NCBI RefSeq assembly: GCF_009914755.1
Contig: NC_060929.1
Strand: one strand, 5' to 3'
Source of the DNA: the human T2T-CHM13v2.0 reference genome, Homo sapiens
DNA length: 64,000 nt
Positions 47,800-64,000 of the stretch are shown in pieces. Below the pieces are notes generated by a model that saw only the letters and a list, made by a program, of their open reading frames with translations, had not been told where the DNA came from and made no database searches. Made by a program: the position numbers and the translations under genes. Position 1 is the first letter of the stretch. Each line of letters begins with the position of its first letter.

Positions 47800-50700
47800 G
47801 TCATTTGCAACTTGGGTGGCAGAAAGCTGAGATTTTATGAACTTGAAATGTCAGGGGACAGAGGTCAAGGCTGGCGGAGCAAGAAATTACAGAGGAATCC
47901 CTGCAAACAAGAAAAATCATACGAAGGGTGAACTGCAAAATTTTAGTATAATGACTGCTCAGGTGGTTGGCTGACAGCCAAATTATGTAGGCACAACAGA
48001 GGACCCCCGCCCCTGCCTCAAGAGGCCAGGTTAAAACAACAGCAGCTGGAAACCATAAGAACAAAGATATCAGTACCTATATTGTTCAAGGGAGACAAAG
48101 TTTGCAGTTCGAATCTAGGCAGGTTAAGTATTAATATCTACTAGAACAACAAAAACCCCACAACAATTCTTAGAAGAACACAGTTAAACCCAGTGTCTAG
48201 GCATGCAAAGAAACAGAAGTGTGACTCATACTCAAGGAGGGGGAAAGGGCAGTCAATAGAAACTGACTCTGAGTGAGCCTAGTTGTTGGATTTAACAGAA
48301 ACTTCAAAGCAATTATTGTAAATGTGTTCAATGAGTTAAACTATGACATCAATGAGTGGGGTGGAAAATCTCAACCAAGAAATGGAAACTATAAAAATGG
48401 AAATTTGAGAGTTGAAAAATACAGTAACTAAAATTTTTTAAAAATCTAAATAGCTTCAACAGTAGATTAGAAAACAAAGCAGATTGGCAAAAGAAGCCAT
48501 GAAGTTCAAGCTAGATCAATAGAAATCACCCAGTTTCGAGAAACAGGGGAGAAAAAGATGGAATAAAGTTGAAAAGAGATATGTAGGGCAATATCAAACA
48601 ATCCATAATAGGTATAATTAGAGTCTTAGAAGGAGGGGCAGCAGTAGATTATAGAAAATTTTTTGAAGAAATAATGACTGGAATTTTCTCACATTTTGTA
48701 GGAAAAAATTAACTTACCCAAGTAGTACAGCAGACTGAAAGCAAGATAATTACAAAGAAAACCACTTATTGACTGTCCAGAGAAAAATGGTATATTGTAC
48801 ATAGGGAACAACAGTGCAATTAACACCTCACTTCTTATCAGAAACTGTGGAGGTCAAAAGACATTGGACCAACATATTCAAATGATGGAAAAAAGAAAGC
48901 TTTCAGCCAAGAATTCTGCATCTGGAAAAATTATCCTTCAAAAATAAGGGGAAAATAAAGACATTTTTGGATAAACAGAGATGAGAGAATTTTTCACTAG
49001 CAGACCTGCACTATAAGACATTTTGGCTGAAGGGAAATGACACCTAAATGGATATTTGGATCTACACAAAGGAGTGAAGAGCACATGAAATTGTAAATGT
49101 GTGTAAAACAAAAATAATGATTTTTTGTTATGTCTTAATATCTTTAAAAGACAAGTGACTGAAAAAGTATAGTACTACTGTGCTGATGTGTTTACAATGT
49201 ATACAGATAATACACAGGACAACAAAAATACAGGATGAGGCACAGGTGAGTGGAATATTTTGTAAGGTTTCCATAGTTTTACCTTAAGTAATTCGATAAA
49301 TTTTCTTTTCTTTCTGTTTTTTTTTTTTTTTTTTTTTTTTTTTTGTCCCCCAGGCTTGTCTTTGTCTGGCTTTGTCCCCCAGGCTTGAGTGCAGTGATGC
49401 AATCTCAGCTCGCTGCAGCCTCAACCTCCCAGGTTCAAGCAATCCTCTTGACTCAGCCCCGCCAAGTAGCTGGGACTACAGGTGCGCACCATCACGCCAG
49501 CCAGATTTTTTTGTAGGGATGGAGTTTCACCATGTTGCCAAGGCTGGTCTCCAGCTCCTGAGCGCAAGCAATCTGCCCGCCTTGGCCTCCCAAAGTGCTA
49601 GGACTACAAGCCTGAGCCACCATGCTGTGCCAAGAAGTAATTCAATACATTTTCTAAAATTTTCTAAAGTACACTGGAATAAATTGAATTTATACACTGT
49701 AGTCCCAAGAGCAACCACTAAAAATATAATGAAAAGACATATAGATAGAAAACCAATAGAGGAGTTAAAATGGAATGCCAAAAAATATGTCACTAGCATA
49801 AAGGGAGGTAGGAAAAGAGGGACAATGAAACAAATAATGGATAGAAGAAATAGGAAAGAGATGGTATGATTGTAGGTTTAAAAGTGAACATGTAAATAAT
49901 TAAGTGTAAATAGACCAAAATTCTAAACAAAAGGCAGAGATTGTCAGACTGGACCAAAAAAAAAAGCAAGAACCAAGTATGTGCTATCTATATGAGATGT
50001 ACTGTCTATATGAGAGACATTCTACATATAAAGATGCAAATACACTGAGAGTAAAAGGATAGAAAGAAATATACCATGCAAATAGTATGCACAAGAAATT
50101 TGTAGTAACTCTATTCTTACCAGAAAAACAAGACATCAATACAAGGAAGATTTCTGGAGACTAAGAGGAATCTTTCATAATGATAAAAGAGTTAATACAT
50201 TGGGAAGTTATAAGAATTACATGTGTATATGCACCTAATAAATACAGTTTCAAAATACATGAAGCAAACAACTGAACTAAGGGAAAACAGTCAAACTACA
50301 ACCGTAGTTGGACACTTTTCGCTCTGTAGTTGATAATAAAACTGGATCGCCCCCACCAAAGTAAAGAAATCAAAGATCTGAAAAACACTATTAACTACCA
50401 TGACCTGATTGATATTTATAGAACTGTAACTAACAAATACAGAATACACTTTTTCTCCCTAAGTACACAAGGAAGATTCACCAGGGTAGGCTGTGTGTTA
50501 GGACATGAGTCTCAGTGTATTTCAAAAGATTAAAATCTTACAGAGTATGTTTTCTGACCATAATGAAAGTAAATTTGAACCACATGATAATAAAATGACT
50601 ACATATTAAAAATTGTGTCCTTCAGAAAAATTCACATACTTTTAAAAATTGTGGGATGAAGCCAAAGTAGTCATTACAGTGAAATTTTTAGTTTTAAATG

Positions 50701-51985
50701 TTAATGTTAGAAAAGAAAAAAGTCTAAACCTAAGCTTCCATTTAAGAAGCTAGAGAAAGAACAAATTAAATACAAAGTAGAAAGAAGGAAATAATAAAGA
50801 TAACAGAAATAGATGAAATAGGAAACAGATTAAAAAATCAATAAAGTTGATAAATATCTAGCTAGATTGATCAGGGATTTAAAAAATGTTACCAATATTG
50901 GGGATAAAAATAGGAATTGGGAATAAATCTATACAGAGTATAGAATTATAAAGTTGATAGGAAATATTATGAACAATTTTATGCCAATAAATTTGATAAA
51001 TGAAATGGACAAATTTCTGGAAAAACACAAGTCATAAAACTAACACAAGAAGGCAGATAAAATATTAATAGCCCTATGTCTACTAAAGAAATTGAATTTG
51101 TAATTTTAATTTGTACCTTTCCTGCAAAGCAAATTTCAGGTGCAAAGAGGTTCACTGGTGAATTTCACCAAACATTTAAGAAAGACATAGTACCATTCAA
51201 ACACAACTTAAATAGAAGGGGTAGGACTGTTTCTCAAGTTATTTTATTAAATCAGTTTTACTCCGATAACAAAAACAGAAAAATTACAAAAATAGAAAAT
51301 TACAAATAAAAATCCCACATAAACATGCAAATTTTTTTTTTCTGAGAGATGACGCCTCACTCTATTGCCCAGGCTGGAGTGCAGTGGTGACCCCACAGCT
51401 GACTGCAGCCTTGACCTCCCAGGTTTAAGCCGTCCTCCCTTCTGAGCCTCCCAGGTAGCTGGGACCACTGGCATACACCACCACGCCCAGCAAGTTTATT
51501 TTATTTTATTTTTTTTTTTGTAGAGACAAGGTCTTGCTTTGTTGCCCAGGCTGGTCTTGAACTCCTGAGCTCAAGAGATCCTCCCGCCTAGGCCTCCCAA
51601 AGTGCTGGGATTACAGGCATGCACCACTGTGCCCAGGATAAATATGCAAAAATTCTTAACAAAATATCGATTCACTGAAGCCCATCAATATAGGAAAAGA
51701 ACAATACATCATAACCAAGAGAAGCTTTCCCAGGATTGCAAGGTTAATTTAACACTAGAAAATCCATCAATATAAATTCTGATATTAGTAGAACAAAAAA
51801 TCATCATCATCTTAACAGATGCTGAAGAAGCATTTGACAAAATGTAATAGCTCTTCCCAATTTAAACTCTGAGTAAACTAGGAAAAGAAGAGAACTTCCT
51901 TAAAGGCATCTGTGAAAACCCCACAGCTAGAATTATACTTAATGATGGAAATCTGAAATTCTTTCTTTTAAGTTCAAGAACAAGC
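47800..51985 (+). mobile_element. Long, highly decayed L1M (ORF1-ORF2) with AluJ insertions at 49303-49631 and 51332-51636
   Basis: ORF1-like CTAGCAGACCTGCACTATAAG; EN-like GCAGAGATTGTCAGACTGG; ORF2 GAAATGGACAAATTTCTGGAAAAACACA; resumes at 53893-54040. Confidence 0.7.
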
Positions 51986-52619
51986 AGGGAAGGCAGAGCA
52001 AGATGGCTGAATAGAACCCTCCAGCATTTGTCCCCCAAGCAAGAACACCAACTTGAACAACTATCCACACAAGAAAGCACTTTCAGAAGAACTAAAACTC
52101 AGGTGAGCAATCACAGTACCTGGTTTTAACATATTAAGGAAAGAGGCACTGAAGAGGTTAGGAAAGATAGTCTTGAATTGCCTATACCACACCTCCTCCG
52201 TCATCCAGCAGTGCAGTATGATGTGGAGAGAGAATCTGTGTGCTTGGGGAAGGGAAAGCGAAGTGATTGTGAGACTTTGCATTGGAACTCACTGCAGCCC
52301 TGTCACAGCAGAAAACAACACATGGCAGAATTTGGCCAGTGCCCACAGCAGAAGCATTTAGAACAGACATAGCCAGAGGCAAATCGTCCATCCTAGCAGT
52401 CGGAACTTGAGTTCCAGCTAGCCCCACCACCATGGGCTAAGGTGCTCTGGGGTGCTAAATAAATTTGAAAGGCAGTCTAGGCCACAAGGACTGCAATTCC
52501 TGCACAAGTCCTGGTGCTGTGTTGGGCTCAGAGCCAGTGGATTTGGGGTCCACACGATCTAGTGAGACACCAGCTGGGGCAGCCAAGGGAAAGCTTATGT
52601 CACCCCTTCCCCAACTTCA

Positions 52620-52951
<332 letters not shown>

Positions 52952-53432
52952 GTGTATGAGTAGATAATTTAAGTAGACCTATATCCAGTAAAGAAATAGA
53001 ATCAATAATTATTAATAACCTTCCAGAACTGGACGACATTCTGTTAAGTGAAATAAGTTAGGCACACAAAGACAAACTTTGCATGTCCTCATTGTGAGAG
53101 CTAAAAATTAGACTCATGGTGATAGTGAGTAGAATGATGGTTACCAGAGGCTAGGAAGGGGAGTAGGGGGTTGGGAGAGAATGGATGGTTAATGGGTACA
53201 AAAATATTTTTAGATACAATGAATAAGATCTAGTATTTGATAGCACAACAAGGTGACTACAGTAAGCAATATTTTATTATACATTTCAAAATGACTGAGG
53301 GAGTACAATTGGAATGTTCTTAACAAAGAAATGAATTCTTGAGGTGACGGATACCCATTTACCCTGATGTGATTATTACACATTATACAATGTCTCAAAA
53401 TATTCCTGTCTCAAAATATCTCATGTACCCCA

Positions 53433-53604
53433 TAGATATATATTATATATAATATATAATTATTATATATATAATTATTATACATTAGTATATAATTGTA
53501 TATTATTATATATACTATTATATATTATATATTATGTATATAATGTATATATTATATATAACATAATATATATAACATATGTAATATAATATATAATATA
53601 TCTA
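53433..53604. repeat. AT-rich (TA)n-like low-complexity tract
   Basis: About 170 bp almost entirely A/T. Confidence 0.9.
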
Positions 53605-53637
53605 CTATGCAGTTATAAAAATTAGAAAAAAAACAAG

Positions 53638-53892
53638 GGCCAGGCACAGTGGCTCACGCTGGTCATCCCACCACTTTGGGAGACCAAGGCAAGAGGATTC
53701 CTTGAGCCCAGGAGTTCAAGACCAGTCTGTAGTGACATCCCATCTCTACAAAAAAAAAAAAAAAAAAAAAAAAAAGTGGGCATGGTGGGACGCACCTGCA
53801 GTCCCTGCTACATAGGAGGCTGAGGTCATAGGATCACTCCACTGCACTCCAGCCTGTGTGACATAGCGAGACCCCATCTCAAAAAACAAAAA
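53638..53892 (+). mobile_element. AluJ with long middle A-run and right-arm deletion
   Basis: CTTGAGCCCAGGAGTTCAAG; long A tract at 53750-53775. Confidence 0.8.
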
Positions 53893-54042
53893 GCAAGAAT
53901 GTCTGTTTTTGGCACTTCTATTCAGAATTATACTGAATGCCTTAGCAATTGCAATAAGGCAAAAAAAAAAAACATACAGATTGGAAAGGAAGTAAGACTT
54001 ATTTGCAGACAACACATATATAGAAATGTATATCGAAATCCT

Positions 54043-55082
54043 AGGTTCCGCAGTGGCCATATAGGAACAGCTCCAGTCTACAGCTCCCAGGGTGAGTGAC
54101 GCAGAAGACGGGTGATGTCTGCATTTCCAACTGAGGTTCATCTCACTGGGGCTTGTCAGTGGGTGCACGACAGTGGGTGCAGCCCACCGAGCAAGAGCTG
54201 AAGCAGGGTGAGGCTTTGCCTCGCCTGAGAAGCGCAAAGGGTCAGGGAATTCCCTTTCCTAGCCAAGGGAATCTGTGACAGATGGCACCTGGAAAATGGG
54301 GTCACTCCACCCTAATACTGTGCTTTTCCAATGGTCTTAGCAAACGGCACACCAGCAGATTATATCCTGCGCCTAGCTTGGAGGGTCCCACACCCATGGA
54401 GCCTCGTTCATTGCTAGCACAGCAGTCTGAGATTGAACTGCAAGGTGCCAGCGAGGCTTGGGGAAGGGTGCCTGCCATTGCTGAGGCTTGAGTAGGTAAA
54501 CAAAGCAGCCAGGAAGCTCAAACTGGGTGGAGCCCACCGCAGCTCAAGGCCTGCCTGCCTCTGTAGACTCCACTTCTAGGGGCAGGGCATAGCCGAACAA
54601 AAGGCAGCAGAAACTTCTGCAGACTTAAATGTCCCTATCTGACAGCTTTGAAGAGAGTAGTGGTTCTCCCAGCTTGGAGTTTGAGATCTGAGAACGGACA
54701 GACTGCCTCCTCAAGTGGGTCCCTGACCCCTGAGTAGCCTAACTGGGAGGCACCTCCCAGTAGAGGCTGACTGACACCTCATACAGCCGGGTGCCCCTCT
54801 GAGATGAAGCTTCCAGAGGAACGATCAGGCATCAGCATTTGCTGTTCCGCAATATTCACTGTTCTGCAGCCTCTACTGGTGATACTCAGGCAAACAGGGT
54901 CTGGAATGGACCTCCAGCAAACTCCAACAAACCTACAGCTAAGGGTCCTGACTGTTAGAAGGAAAACTAACAAACAGAAAGGACATTCACACCAAAACCC
55001 CATCTGTATGTCACCATCATCAAAGACCAAAGGTAGATAAAACCACAAAGATGGGGAGAAACCAGAGCAGAAAAGCTGAAAA
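54043..55082 (+). mobile_element. L1PA (PA5-7-like) 5' UTR and start of ORF1, interrupted
   Basis: ATAGGAACAGCTCCAGTCTACAGCTCCCAG; ORF1 start MGRNQSRKAE at 55051. Confidence 0.9.
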
Positions 55083-55088
55083 AAAAAT

Positions 55089-64000
<8,912 letters not shown>

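Overview
Hominid (human-like) genomic DNA, mostly transposable-element derived; no prokaryotic-type system, RNA gene or CRISPR array is visible. A CpG-island promoter (~19.6-20.8 kb) carries a + strand first coding exon (ATG 20081, [14 protein letters not shown]..., donor after 20209) that I recognise from memory as SIMC1 (5q35; a segmental-duplication paralog cannot be excluded). The remaining ~44 kb is first intron. The upstream 19 kb holds an ERV1 3' end with LTR, a solo LTR12C, and L1M/L2/MaLR/Alu debris. The intron holds a five-layer nest (ERV1 > Alu > L1PA7-like > Alu/SVA), old L1M pieces and a stack of L1PA elements. The most interesting signal is a possible set of interchangeable phase-0 N-termini: the CpG exon (with a SIM-like motif), an exonised antisense MST LTR ([24 protein letters not shown], 45010-45081) and, hypothetically, an extended L1 ORF0 frame (from 63709). 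Other oddities are a probable chimeric L1-in-L1 insertion, a local Alu+flank duplication inside a collapsed L1MA, an 84-bp retroposed internal L1 fragment and a 16-bp 5' micro-inversion. Repeat subfamily names come from memory of consensus sequences; many boundaries are approximate.
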